From contig BPGJ01000005.1 of NCBI GenBank assembly GCA_026002975.1, forward strand, positions 6,438 to 70,437: a stretch of 64,000 nucleotides of DNA, written 5' to 3'. Both the position numbers and the translations under genes were made by a program. Below are positions 1 to 9,397 of this stretch, one piece after another. The notes beneath the pieces are model-generated. The model was given only the letters and a program-made list of their open reading frames with translations. It was not told the origin of the DNA and searched no databases. This DNA comes from Acidimicrobiia bacterium (GTDB taxonomy: Bacteria > Actinomycetota > Acidimicrobiia > Spongiisociales > ZC4RG35). Every line of letters begins with the position of its first letter. Position 1 is the stretch's first letter.

Positions 1-1
1 T

Positions 2-481
2 TCTCTTGCGAAGCCTCTGGACGAACCGTGCTAGACGGTCCCAGTCCGCATGCGCTCGCCGCCGGATACGGAAGGTTTCATGTCGAATCTTGAGCGAGAA
101 GCGGATCCAACTCAACGTCAGCATGGCTGCGAATCGGGTGGAGCTGGAAATTCTGGGGTCGATGAGGATTCCTTCGGTCCAGTTCTTTCGAGCCAATAGG
201 TGGGCACGTGGACCCGCGTGCCGGTCCGCGAGCTCACGTGCATTGAACGGTCGAAGGGGGTTTGGAACCCGACCGTTCTTTGTCGATGCTCGCCATGGAA
301 CCGGGACTCTAATGACCTCGACATCGCCCATGAAGCTGGTTCGACGGCCGCCTGCCGCGGTATAGCAGACGACGGTCGAACGAAAGCCCGCTAAGGCAGC
401 AGTCGCGGCTACCTTCCTCACGCGGGCATCCCGATCGATGTCGTTTCCAACTATGGAGACGACGTGTTTACGGGTACTCAT
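2..481 (-). CDS. glycosyltransferase family 4 (GT4), N-terminal part only; gene runs off the window start
   Basis: Minus-strand frame checked codon by codon: open from ATG (revcomp of 479-481) down to position 2. The translation starts MSTRKHVVSIVGNDIDRDARVRKVAATAALAGFRS. This parallels the N-terminus of the adjacent GT4 (VLTLVGNDVTIDARARKTAAGLARAGFS). Its start forms an ATGA overlap with the stop of the upstream gene at 478-481. It is absent from the ORF track because there is no in-window stop. Confidence 0.6.
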   Translation of the reverse strand, partial: MSTRKHVVSIVGNDIDRDARVRKVAATAALAGFRSTVVCYTAAGGRRTSFMGDVEVIRVPVPWRASTKNGRVPNPLRPFNARELADRHAGPRAHLLARKNWTEGILIDPRISSSTRFAAMLTLSWIRFSLKIRHETFRIRRRAHADWDRLARFVQRLRKR

Positions 482-2022
482 CTGATCGAAATCCCGAGTT
501 CGGCATAAACCTGTAACAGGCGGTCGAATTGCGATCGCCAGGAGAGGGTCTCCAGGAGCATCGGGTGTATGGCAGAGACGTAGTTGTCGGGATTCTCCAG
601 GATCTTTCGGACCTTGCTCGCCAAGTCCACAGGATCGCCTCCTAAAAATATCTCACCGACTCGGTGTTGCTGGACGAACCGGGCCATTTCGGGGCTGTCA
701 CTCACTACCACCGGGACTCGGGCATGGATCGATTGGAAAAGCTTATTGGGCAGCGCTACGTCATAGTTGGGGACCCCTCGCCGGAGTGGAATCACCGATA
801 CGTCGGATCCCCTCAGATACGAGACGACGGCTTCGGGCATCACGTAGGGTGCGAGATGAAGTCGATCTTCAACTCCGAGGTCGTGGGCACGTTGGCGCAG
901 GTTGTCGACATAACCTGTAGTCGAGTTGGTGACGAGTGCTAGATGGACATGATCGTCAAGGAGGGTGAGAGCTTCGATCAGTTCTTCTACACCTCGATGT
1001 GGCGCGATTCCCCCCACATACACCACCAGGCGCCGATTCTCCGGCAATCCGAGGGTCGAGCGGATCGAGTCGACCTCGGGCAAGTCATCGGTGTCCGGCG
1101 TGTTCATCACCACCTCAGCGGATAACCCGTAACGATTCTCCAAGAGCCCGGCGAGAGCGGGAGAAACAGTCACCACGGCGTCCACTCTGCGGATGTACTC
1201 GTCTTCCAGTTGAGCAAACGCAGCGCGGCGTCGCGGATCGATGGGGAGACCTGCAACGAACTCGTGGGCGTCGTATACCACCGGCATTCGTCTTCCTCTC
1301 TCCGCGGCGCGTGCCTTCGCTCTGGCCGCCAACCCGAGGTGGAAGACGTCGTGAACATGAATCAGATCGGGTTGGAGAAGGTCGACCAGGGGCCCAATCG
1401 CTGCCTCATACCGATGCAGCTCGGGTAGGTCTCTTCTCCACGATCCTGGGCGCTTCCATGCACGGGGGGGTTTGGCGAAAGCCTTGTAGGCGCTGTCCAA
1501 GGCGACGTACCGGAGCTGGGAAGCTATCAGCCTGGCTCGCCGTAGCCTCAATCTGCTCTGAAACAGGCTCCAGTGTAGGCGGTAGGCGGCTCGGCGACCC
1601 CATGAGGGCTCCCTGCGCTCAGAGTCTGTGTGATCGGGGCGTATCGAGCGGAGGAGATCGGCCAGCTCGTCGAGCTGCCATCTCCTCCAGGCGGTGAGCT
1701 CTCTACGAGCCATCTGGAGTCTCACCCGCTGGATCTCGGTTCCATACCGAAGCCAATCACGGAGTTCGGGGCGCGAGAACCTGAAGATCCGGGTGGAAAC
1801 CCTTGGATCCAGGGTGGGAACGATCCTGTGGATCCTCGCTCCATCCAGGGACTCGGATTGTGGAGCCGCGCCGACGGGATCCACACCCAGGGATACGACG
1901 GAGAAGCCCGCCCTGGCGAGCCCGGCGGCGGTCTTGCGGGCTCGGGCGTCGATGGTTACGTCGTTACCTACGAGGGTCAGCACTCGAGGCCCATCACCCG
2001 GGGGCCACTCTGGACGAGACAT
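478..2022 (-). CDS. glycosyltransferase family 4 with long internal helical insertion
   Basis: ORF 478..2316. C-terminal GT4 signature EVALPNKLFQSIHARVPVVVSDSPEMARFVQQHRVGEIF and N-terminal Rossmann strand VLTLVGNDVTIDARARK. The start was set to the ATG at 2022 (MSRPEWPPG...) because the longer frame to 2316 would overlap the next gene by about 260 nt. The start is uncertain because the ribosome-binding site is weak. Confidence 0.75.
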   Translation of the reverse strand: MSRPEWPPGDGPRVLTLVGNDVTIDARARKTAAGLARAGFSVVSLGVDPVGAAPQSESLDGARIHRIVPTLDPRVSTRIFRFSRPELRDWLRYGTEIQRVRLQMARRELTAWRRWQLDELADLLRSIRPDHTDSERREPSWGRRAAYRLHWSLFQSRLRLRRARLIASQLRYVALDSAYKAFAKPPRAWKRPGSWRRDLPELHRYEAAIGPLVDLLQPDLIHVHDVFHLGLAARAKARAAERGRRMPVVYDAHEFVAGLPIDPRRRAAFAQLEDEYIRRVDAVVTVSPALAGLLENRYGLSAEVVMNTPDTDDLPEVDSIRSTLGLPENRRLVVYVGGIAPHRGVEELIEALTLLDDHVHLALVTNSTTGYVDNLRQRAHDLGVEDRLHLAPYVMPEAVVSYLRGSDVSVIPLRRGVPNYDVALPNKLFQSIHARVPVVVSDSPEMARFVQQHRVGEIFLGGDPVDLASKVRKILENPDNYVSAIHPMLLETLSWRSQFDRLLQVYAELGISIR

Positions 2023-2057
2023 CAGGATACGGAAAGGGGGCTCGCTACTGAACCAGC

Positions 2058-3230
2058 TTAGCCTGATCTCGGGATCTCCATACGGAGGCCGCGGAGTCGC
2101 CTGTGGGCTAGAGCTCGGTACGCGGATACCAGTCGGGCGGCGTCGTTCGCCCAATTCAACTCCTCCCGGGCAACCCGAACCGCATCGACGAACCGACGAT
2201 ACTCGGCGACGATGGTCTCCAGCGCGTTTAGCAAGGACGTGGGATCGCCGGGAGTATATACGACGCCGACGCCAGTTGACCGGACCAGCTTTGCGATCTC
2301 GGGGAGATCGGCGCACACGGCCGGCACTCCGGCGGCGATCGCTTGGAAGAGTTTGTTGGGCAGGGCTATCTCATGGTTTATGGGGCCCTTGGACAGGGGA
2401 ACGAGAGCGATTCCCATGACAGTCAAGAGCTGGTCCACCTCGTCGATGGTGCCGATCGGGTGGAGCTCGAAGTCCCCCTCCAACACATAGGAGATGTCTA
2501 CGGGACCCATGAGGTGGAGCTCCAGCCCGATCGTTTTCCAAATATCGGCAGATACGACTGTCTCCAGGTCTCGGCCGGGGCCGATGCGCCCTGCATAGAC
2601 CGCTCCCCGGGGGTGGGGAGGGGCCTGGAGGTCGTAGCGGGGCGGGAACGTGTTGCGCACCACTGCGATATTCCTCAGTCCATATCTCTCCCGAAGTAGC
2701 TTCGCAGCTCCCAGACTCACGGTGATCACCAAGTCCGCGCGCCGGGCTGCAACCCCGGCTTGACGATCCCGCTTGAACCGACGGATGGGTTCGGGACGTC
2801 CGTGTCTTGGCACGCCCGGCCAGTACTCGTGCGCGTCATAGACCAAGGCAGCGTCCCATAGATCGGCGAGATCCGCGCCCGCCCGGAGCGCCGGCAGGTC
2901 GTGGGCGTGAACGACATCGAACGAGGAATCCAACCGCCGTGCCATTTCGATCGCCCGTCGGTGGAACTGACGGAGGGCCCGGTGGCGGTGTTCGGGAAGC
3001 AGTAACCAGCGCAGAGCTCGAAACGGAATGCTTCTAGGCGGCTCCCATAGGCGAGGTTGCAACCCGCCTACGGGCCCAATCCCCCGCACGAGTATCCCAG
3101 CTTCCGCGAACTCCGTGTCGTCCACGGACATGACGGTGATCACATGTCCGGCCGCACTCAGAGCCTCGGCTTCCCGTCTAACCCTGATGTCTTCCCGGTA
3201 GCGGGACTTGCTGAGCATGAGGATGTTCAC
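2058..3230 (-). CDS. glycosyltransferase family 4
   Basis: 390 aa. The N-terminus is MNILMLSKSRY..AEALSAAGHVITVM. The C-terminal motif is EIALPNKLFQAIAAGVPAVCADLPEIAKLVRSTGVGVVY, typical of GT4 retaining transferases. It is tail-to-head with the neighbouring genes on the same strand. Confidence 0.8.
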   Translation of the reverse strand: MNILMLSKSRYREDIRVRREAEALSAAGHVITVMSVDDTEFAEAGILVRGIGPVGGLQPRLWEPPRSIPFRALRWLLLPEHRHRALRQFHRRAIEMARRLDSSFDVVHAHDLPALRAGADLADLWDAALVYDAHEYWPGVPRHGRPEPIRRFKRDRQAGVAARRADLVITVSLGAAKLLRERYGLRNIAVVRNTFPPRYDLQAPPHPRGAVYAGRIGPGRDLETVVSADIWKTIGLELHLMGPVDISYVLEGDFELHPIGTIDEVDQLLTVMGIALVPLSKGPINHEIALPNKLFQAIAAGVPAVCADLPEIAKLVRSTGVGVVYTPGDPTSLLNALETIVAEYRRFVDAVRVAREELNWANDAARLVSAYRALAHRRLRGLRMEIPRSG

Positions 3231-4276
3231 GGGATACGCCTCAGAACCTCCTCGACGATCCTGGCAGCTGCCTTTCCGTCACCGAAAGGCGAACTCCGCA
3301 TGGGGTCAGGGGTTCGGCCAGCCAGTTTCGGGAGCGTCTCCAGCCGAGAACCCGCCAGAACGTTCCATCCACCCTCCAGCGTTTCGGGCCACTCCGTTTC
3401 TTCCCTCAAGGTGGTACATGGAACTCCGAGGATGAAAGCCTCCTTTTGTAAGCCTCCGGAGTCAGTCAGGAGCCCATGGCTGACGCGCATCACAGCGAGC
3501 ATCTTTGCATAGGGAAGCGGCTCGTGGACCTGCAAGCTACCCTTCGTGACCATCCGATATGCCTCTAGGCGATCCCGAAGGCGGGGGTGCGCCAAGAGAT
3601 GGACAGGCTTGTCCAGGGACCCGAGCGCCTCCAATATGGCGGCGAGCCGGCTCGGATCGTCGGTGTTGGCCGGACGATGAACAGTTGCCACATAGAAGGG
3701 CCCGGTTGTCGCCCATCCGGGAAGTTCGACCCGATCCAGATCGATGGAGAGCAGCGCATCCACCATGACGTCTCCCACCAGCGCACTTCGGCGTTCGAGT
3801 CCCTCTCGTTGCAGATGGGCTAGCGCCGTTTTGGTGGGTGCTAGGAGCAGATCCGATAGGTGGTCGGTAGCGACCCGGTTCAGCTCTTCTGGCATCGAGC
3901 GGTTGAAGGAGCGCAGGCCGGCTTCCACGTGAGCGGTGAACACCCCGAGCTTGCTCGCTGCCAGCGCCGCTGCGAGCGTCGAGTTGGTGTCTCCGTAGGT
4001 GAGCACTGCGTCGGGACGGAACTCCAGTATCGCGTTCTCCAATCCTTCCAGCATCTGGGCGGTCTGAGTCGCGTGGGAGTCAGACCTCACACCGAGGTTC
4101 AGATCCGGGCTCCTCAAACCTACGTCTTCCATGATGGCGTCCGACATCAGGACGTCGTAGTGCTGACCGGTGTGAACGAGGATCTCGGCCACGCCTGCCT
4201 CAGCGAGCGCTCTGCTCACCGGGCCCACCTTGATGAACTGGGGTCGGGCACCGACCACGTTCATGATCGAGACCAT
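3227..4276 (-). CDS. UDP-N-acetylglucosamine 2-epimerase family (WecB/WbpI-like; non-hydrolysing)
   Basis: Motifs MVSIMNVVGARPQFIKVGPV...HTGQHYD...LTDSGGLQKEA. The start was set to the internal ATG at 4276 (aa 25 of ORF 3227..4348). Its stop overlaps the GT4 start at 3227-3230. Its position next to the wbpD/E/B/A-like genes suggests the WbpI role. Confidence 0.85.
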   Translation of the reverse strand: MVSIMNVVGARPQFIKVGPVSRALAEAGVAEILVHTGQHYDVLMSDAIMEDVGLRSPDLNLGVRSDSHATQTAQMLEGLENAILEFRPDAVLTYGDTNSTLAAALAASKLGVFTAHVEAGLRSFNRSMPEELNRVATDHLSDLLLAPTKTALAHLQREGLERRSALVGDVMVDALLSIDLDRVELPGWATTGPFYVATVHRPANTDDPSRLAAILEALGSLDKPVHLLAHPRLRDRLEAYRMVTKGSLQVHEPLPYAKMLAVMRVSHGLLTDSGGLQKEAFILGVPCTTLREETEWPETLEGGWNVLAGSRLETLPKLAGRTPDPMRSSPFGDGKAAARIVEEVLRRIP

Positions 4277-4293
4277 GAGATCAGTGTTGTATC

Positions 4294-4914
4294 GTGGCGG
4301 CCTTACGTGCAAACGCAACAGGAGGCACGTCGACTGTGATCGCTCCAACCGCAGACGTTGACGCCCGCGCGTCCATCGCGGCCACCGCTCGGGTGTGGCA
4401 TCTGGCTCAAGTCAGGGAGGGGGCCGTCGTGGGGGAGAACTGCGTCGTCGGGCGGGGCGCCTACATCGACGCTGGAGTGAAGATCGGGGCGAACTGCAAG
4501 ATCCAGAACCATGCTCTGGTATACGCTCCAGCCGTGCTCGAAGACGGTGTGTTCGTTGGTCCGGCTGTGGTGTTGACCAACGACACGTATCCCCGGGCCA
4601 TCAACGCAGACGGTACGCTCAAGTCGGCTACCGACTGGCACCCTCGAGGTGTGATCGTGCGGCGGGGGGCATCGATTGGCGCCAGGGCGGTCGTGTTGGG
4701 CGGTGTCGAGATAGGCGAGTGGGCTCTCGTCGCTGCTGGGGCGGTCGTGACGCGCGACGTGCCACCATACGGGCTCGTGGTGGGCTCTCCCGCCCGGCGG
4801 CTGGGCTGGGTAGGCAGAAGCGGGCGACGCCTCGAACCCCATGCCGGCGACCTTGTCGATCCGGTCGACGGTTCCCGGTATCGAGAGGATGACGGCCGAC
4901 TGGTACCACTATGA
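4294..4914 (+). CDS. left-handed beta-helix (hexapeptide repeat) N-acetyltransferase, WbpD/WlbB-like
   Basis: Repeated [LIV]GxxxxI hexapeptides ([30 protein letters not shown]...). About 200 aa. It is translationally coupled (ATGA at 4911-4914) to the DegT aminotransferase. The true start may be the downstream GTG near 4342. Confidence 0.8.
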   Translation: MAALRANATGGTSTVIAPTADVDARASIAATARVWHLAQVREGAVVGENCVVGRGAYIDAGVKIGANCKIQNHALVYAPAVLEDGVFVGPAVVLTNDTYPRAINADGTLKSATDWHPRGVIVRRGASIGARAVVLGGVEIGEWALVAAGAVVTRDVPPYGLVVGSPARRLGWVGRSGRRLEPHAGDLVDPVDGSRYREDDGRLVPL

Positions 4915-5978
4915 TCGTGCTCTCTAGACCATCGATCGGCGAGGACGAAGTCCAGGCCGTAGTCGACGTCCTCCGCAGCGGCATCCTCGCTTCGGGTAGC
5001 AGGGTCGAGGCTTTCGAGGAGGCCTTCGCCCAGAAGATCGGGGTGGATCATGCGGTTGCGGTGGGAAGCGGAACTGCTGCTCTCCACTTGGGACTCCTTG
5101 CGATGGGCATAGGCCCTGGTCACGAAGTGATCGTGCCCTCCTTCACGTTCGCTGCCACAGCCAACGTGATCCGGATGGTGGGGGCAGACCCCGTCTTCGT
5201 GGATGTCGACCCTCTGGACTACACGATCTCGGCCCAGGCGGTGGAGGGAGCGATAACTGAGAAGACGAAGGCAATCATGCCCGTACATCTGTACGGGCAC
5301 CCGGCGCCGATGGGGGCGCTGGAGGAGCTGGCTCGGGAGGCCGGTATCGATCTCATCGAGGATGCCGCACAAGCACACCTGGCCAAGGTGGGCGACCGTT
5401 TCGTGGGTTCGATCGGCCGCTTCGCCGCCTTCTCGTTCTACCCAACCAAGAACATGACGACGGGTGAGGGCGGGATGATCACTACGTGGGACGAGGACAT
5501 CGCGGAACGTACTCGCATGTTGCGGAACCAGGGCATGGCGGAGCGGTACGTGCATCGACTGGTGGGCCTGAATGAGCGGATGACGGAGATCGAAGCAGCC
5601 ATAGGGCTCGTGCAGCTGGCCAAGCTGGAACACTGGACCGAGAGGCGTCGCCAGATCGCCGCGATCTACCGTGATTGTCTCTATCCGTCGCTGGGTCTTC
5701 CGGTGGAGAGGCCAGGTGTACGCCATGTCTATCACCAGTTCACGTTGTGTCCGCCCGACCGAGGCCCCGTTATCGCGGCCTTGGAGAGGGTTGGAATCGG
5801 ATACGGGGTCTACTACCCGATCGGGGTTCATCAGCAGGAGCCGTATCGTCATCTCGGCTATCACCTACCCGTCACCGAGGATCTGTGCGAGCGGGTGGTT
5901 TCGATCCCGATCCGGCCCGATCTCACCGACGAAGAGATCGCGATCGTCATCGACACCCTCAACGAGGTGGCTCCATGA
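4911..5978 (+). CDS. DegT/DnrJ/EryC1/StrS family PLP-dependent sugar aminotransferase (WbpE-like)
   Basis: N-terminus [29 protein letters not shown]; catalytic-lysine region [14 protein letters not shown]; 355 aa. Confidence 0.9.
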   Translation: MIVLSRPSIGEDEVQAVVDVLRSGILASGSRVEAFEEAFAQKIGVDHAVAVGSGTAALHLGLLAMGIGPGHEVIVPSFTFAATANVIRMVGADPVFVDVDPLDYTISAQAVEGAITEKTKAIMPVHLYGHPAPMGALEELAREAGIDLIEDAAQAHLAKVGDRFVGSIGRFAAFSFYPTKNMTTGEGGMITTWDEDIAERTRMLRNQGMAERYVHRLVGLNERMTEIEAAIGLVQLAKLEHWTERRRQIAAIYRDCLYPSLGLPVERPGVRHVYHQFTLCPPDRGPVIAALERVGIGYGVYYPIGVHQQEPYRHLGYHLPVTEDLCERVVSIPIRPDLTDEEIAIVIDTLNEVAP

Positions 5979-6930
5979 GGATCGGATTGATCGGATTGGG
6001 TCACATGGGTCGCTACCACGCTCGAATCCTGTCGGAATCCGAGGAGGTCGACTTCGTCGGCGCGGTGGATCCTCTCGGGGACCGACACAGGTCGGTCAGA
6101 AGCGGCCGGGTATTCGAGAAGGTCGAGGAACTCCTGGACGAAGGAATCGAAGCAGCCATAGTTGCCGTACCGACGATCCACCATCGCGAGGTGGCCCTTA
6201 AATTGGCGGCGGCTCGAGTCCACACGCTCATTGAAAAACCCCTAGCCGAATCGGTAGAAGCTGCAATCGAGATACGCGACGCATACGCGGAGGGCTGGCG
6301 TGATCGGAGCCGTTGGGCATGTTGAACGCTTCAATCCGGGCCTCCAAGAGATGAGCCGGCGACTGGATCGCAACGAGTTGGGGAGGGTGATCGCCATCTA
6401 CACCGAGCGGGTAGGCCCCTTTCCGCATCGGATCAGCGATGTGGGTGTAGTCAAGGATTTGGCCACCCATGACATCGACATCGCTATGTGGATCGGAGGC
6501 GCGCCATTCGCGATGGTGGCAGGGCAGATGGCCCACAAGCTGGGTCGCCCTCACGAAGATCTGGATGGCGGTGGTCGGTCGGTTGGAGAACGGGGTGGTT
6601 GTTTCCATCAACGTGAATTGGCTCACCCCGGTGAAGCGCCGATCTGTCACTGTGCTGGGTGAGAAGGGTGCTTTCATGGTCGATCTACTGACCGGCGACC
6701 TGCGGTTCTACGCCAACGGCGAGATAAAGGAGGAATGGGACCAGATGGCGATACTCCGTGGGGTTAGCGAAGGCGACATGATCCAATACGCCTTTACGAA
6801 GCGCGAGCCGCTCGTGGTGGAACACGAGGCGTTCAGGAGGGCTATCACCCATGGACACGCCGAAGGGATAGTCAGCTTGGATCGCGGAGTGGACATCCTT
6901 CGTGTGGCCGAGAGGATCATCACTTCATGA
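5975..6930 (+). pseudogene. Gfo/Idh/MocA NAD-dependent oxidoreductase (WbpB-like); reading frame broken by two apparent +1 frameshifts (about 6285-6300 and about 6558-6570)
   Basis: Three consecutive ORF fragments in frames 2, 0 and 1 together form one Gfo/Idh/MocA protein. Fragment 1 (5975-6325): [19 protein letters not shown]...LIEKPLAESVEAAIEIRDAYAEG. Fragment 2 (about 6293-6565): VIGAVGHVERFNPG...THDIDIAMWIGGAPFAMVAG. Fragment 3 (about 6565-6930): AVVGRLENGVVVSINVNWLTPVKRR...LGEKGAF. The start and end overlap the flanking genes as ATGA, so the locus layout is intact. Confidence 0.7.
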
Positions 6931-8249
6931 CCGTAGCGGTCATTGCCCTCGGAAAGATCGGGTTGCCTGTGGCGGTCCAAATCGCCCGGGCGGGCCTTCG
7001 GGTGATCGGGGTCGATACCGATCCTAGGGTGGTCGAGCTCGTCAGCCGTGGGGATCCTCCTTTTCCGGGGGAAGAGGGGCTGGACGTGGCTCTACGTGAG
7101 GCGGTGGAGAAAGGCTTCTTCCAGGCCACCACTCGTACCGAAGACGCGGTGAGAGAAGCCGAAGTAATCGTTGTTTTGGTCCCGCTGGTTGTCGATGAAG
7201 CCGGCCAGCCAGACTTCAGAGGAATGGATGCTGCTACCGATGCGATCGGGCGAGCCTTGCAGCATGGGGCTCTGGTGTCCTATGAAACCACATTGCCCGT
7301 CGGAACGACTCGAACTCGTTTTGCGCCTCATCTGGAACGAGCCAGTGGGTTGAAAGCCGGGCGCGACTTTCATCTGGTGCATTCACCTGAGAGAGTATTC
7401 AGCGGGCGGGTATTCAGGGATCTCAGGAGATACCCTAAACTGGTCGGCGGATTGACGGATGCTTGCACCGATGCGGGCGTTCGTTTCTATCGGAAAGTGC
7501 TCGACTTCGACGACAGGCCGGATCTGCCTCGCCCGAATGGAGTTTGGGGCTTGGCCTCCGCCGAGGCGGCCGAGATGGCGAAACTGGCCGAAACGACATA
7601 TCGAGACGTGAACATCGCTCTTGCCAACGAATTCGCTCGATTCGCCGAGGAAAACGGACTCGATGTGTACGAAGTCATAGAGGCTGCGAACAGTCAGCCT
7701 TTTTCCCGCATTCATCGTCCGGGTGTGGCAGTTGGGGGGCACTGCATCCCTGTTTATCCGAGGTTCTACATGTTAGAAGACAGCGCCGCGAGACTGCCCA
7801 AGGTGGCTCGCGAAGTGAACTTGGCGGTACCCGCTCGGGTCGTAACGAAGGTCGGAGAGCATCTGGGGGGACTGAGAGAGAGGGTCGTGCTTGTTCTGGG
7901 CGCCAGTTATCGGGGGGGCGTGAAAGAGACCGCCTTTTCGGGTGTGTTCGACCTCATAGCGGAAATCCATAAGTACGGTGGCATCCCGGTCGTACATGAC
8001 CCTCTTTACAGCGCCGATGAGTTGCGGCAACTGGGTATGACTCCATACGAGTTGGGTCAACCGATCGACGCGGCAATCCTACAGGCGGATCATCGGGAAT
8101 ACATGGGACTGAAACCCGCCGATCTTCCTGGCTGCAAAGTCATCTACGACGGCAGGGGCGTCCTCGACGCCGAGGTTTGGGAAGGTGTTACCTTCCTTCA
8201 GATCGGAGTCGGCTCACCTACTGCGGCCAAGAGCTCGGCGACCGATTGA
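6927..8249 (+). CDS. nucleotide-sugar 6-dehydrogenase, UDP-glucose/GDP-mannose dehydrogenase family (WbpA/WecC-like)
   Basis: N-terminal Rossmann motif MTVAVIALGKIGLPVAVQIARAGLRVIGVD; central and C-terminal dehydrogenase-family domains; 440 aa. Confidence 0.9.
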   Translation: MTVAVIALGKIGLPVAVQIARAGLRVIGVDTDPRVVELVSRGDPPFPGEEGLDVALREAVEKGFFQATTRTEDAVREAEVIVVLVPLVVDEAGQPDFRGMDAATDAIGRALQHGALVSYETTLPVGTTRTRFAPHLERASGLKAGRDFHLVHSPERVFSGRVFRDLRRYPKLVGGLTDACTDAGVRFYRKVLDFDDRPDLPRPNGVWGLASAEAAEMAKLAETTYRDVNIALANEFARFAEENGLDVYEVIEAANSQPFSRIHRPGVAVGGHCIPVYPRFYMLEDSAARLPKVAREVNLAVPARVVTKVGEHLGGLRERVVLVLGASYRGGVKETAFSGVFDLIAEIHKYGGIPVVHDPLYSADELRQLGMTPYELGQPIDAAILQADHREYMGLKPADLPGCKVIYDGRGVLDAEVWEGVTFLQIGVGSPTAAKSSATD

Positions 8250-9355
8250 TCGGCAGCCTGCGCTGTGGTGTAGAAGCGGAGACCCGAGTCGACGAATCGC
8301 CACCTCTCATCAGGCCTCGTCCGCCAGCGGCTGATCACCTGGGCGGCGTCGTCGACCGAGCTCACAACGACTCCACATCCGGCTCGCCGGACCAAGTCTG
8401 CCTGCGCGGGGAGATCGCTTGCCACGACCGGGAGGCCACTAGCCATGTATTCCCAGATCTTGGTAGGGATCGCTTCCGAGTACGCCGGTGTGGGGTGGAG
8501 CAGAGATAGACCGGCCAACGCGCCGCTCGCTCTTCTCCACGCGTCTCGATAGGGAAGGCGGCCGGTCATCACTAGCCGATCTCTGGGGAGCCCCGCTTGC
8601 TCGGCCCAGCGTCGGACGGCGTAGGCGGTGTCGTCGGGAGCGGGCCCGATCAATTCCAGAGTGAGATCGGGTTGGCTGGCCGCCAGTCTGACCATCTCCT
8701 TCAGACCGCGGGCTTCCGACAGATCTCCTACATAGACCAATCGAGGATCGAAATCACGACGCGGCGTGAAATAGCGCGGTGGGGGGAGGTTGGAGACGAG
8801 CCTATCATTGCTGCTTCGGCAGAGGCTCGGTGCCGCAACGATGACTTCCGCCGATAATCTCCGCCCCACCTTCTCCGCGAGAGCCATGAGCGATTGGATC
8901 CCGGGACGTAGCACACTCGGAATCCAGGCTCGGGTGGCCGCCACCGCCGTGTAGTCCTCGTGTATGTCGATCACCGGTCGGATTCGCAGGATCCTAGAGG
9001 CCAGAGGACCTAAAACGAAGAGCTCGGGATCGGGGAAAACTGCGCACCTCGGCCTATATCGCCATAGTTGCACCAAGCAGAACACCGGAGCTGCAAGGAA
9101 CCTCTGCCATCGGCTACGCGCCTCGAGGGCGACGAGTTCCACCGTCACTCCATGAAGCCTCAGCATTTCGGTGTGCCGAGTCAGCCGACCGTCGTCGGAG
9201 TGGTGGCCAGTGGTGAGTATCACGACCGTCGGACCGACACTACTGCCCGCGGCCTCATCGACCTCATCAGCACCAGGTGAGTGTTTTGCTCTCATAACGA
9301 CTTGGACATGCGGCTCTGGGGACATCATGCCCGATCGACGGCGCTGTCGGAACAA
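8198..9355 (-). CDS. glycosyltransferase family 4
   Basis: C-terminal EAIPTKIWEYMASGLPVVASDLPAQADLVRRAGCGVVV. N-terminal VVILTTGHHSDDGRLTRH, similar to the other GT4 N-termini. Start ambiguous (ATG at 9355, 9328 or 9295). Its 3' end overlaps the convergent dehydrogenase by about 50 nt. Confidence 0.8.
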   Translation of the reverse strand: MFRQRRRSGMMSPEPHVQVVMRAKHSPGADEVDEAAGSSVGPTVVILTTGHHSDDGRLTRHTEMLRLHGVTVELVALEARSRWQRFLAAPVFCLVQLWRYRPRCAVFPDPELFVLGPLASRILRIRPVIDIHEDYTAVAATRAWIPSVLRPGIQSLMALAEKVGRRLSAEVIVAAPSLCRSSNDRLVSNLPPPRYFTPRRDFDPRLVYVGDLSEARGLKEMVRLAASQPDLTLELIGPAPDDTAYAVRRWAEQAGLPRDRLVMTGRLPYRDAWRRASGALAGLSLLHPTPAYSEAIPTKIWEYMASGLPVVASDLPAQADLVRRAGCGVVVSSVDDAAQVISRWRTRPDERWRFVDSGLRFYTTAQAADQSVAELLAAVGEPTPI

Positions 9356-9397
9356 CCACCGTGTGTTCCGGGTGAGACCGGGTAGGATGCAGGGTCC

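Noticed and set aside
478-2316. Longer 612-aa version of the first complete GT4
   Set aside because: The extra 98 N-terminal codons are Arg/Pro-rich with no fold signature and would overlap the upstream gene by about 260 nt. The internal ATG at 2022 was preferred, though with low certainty.
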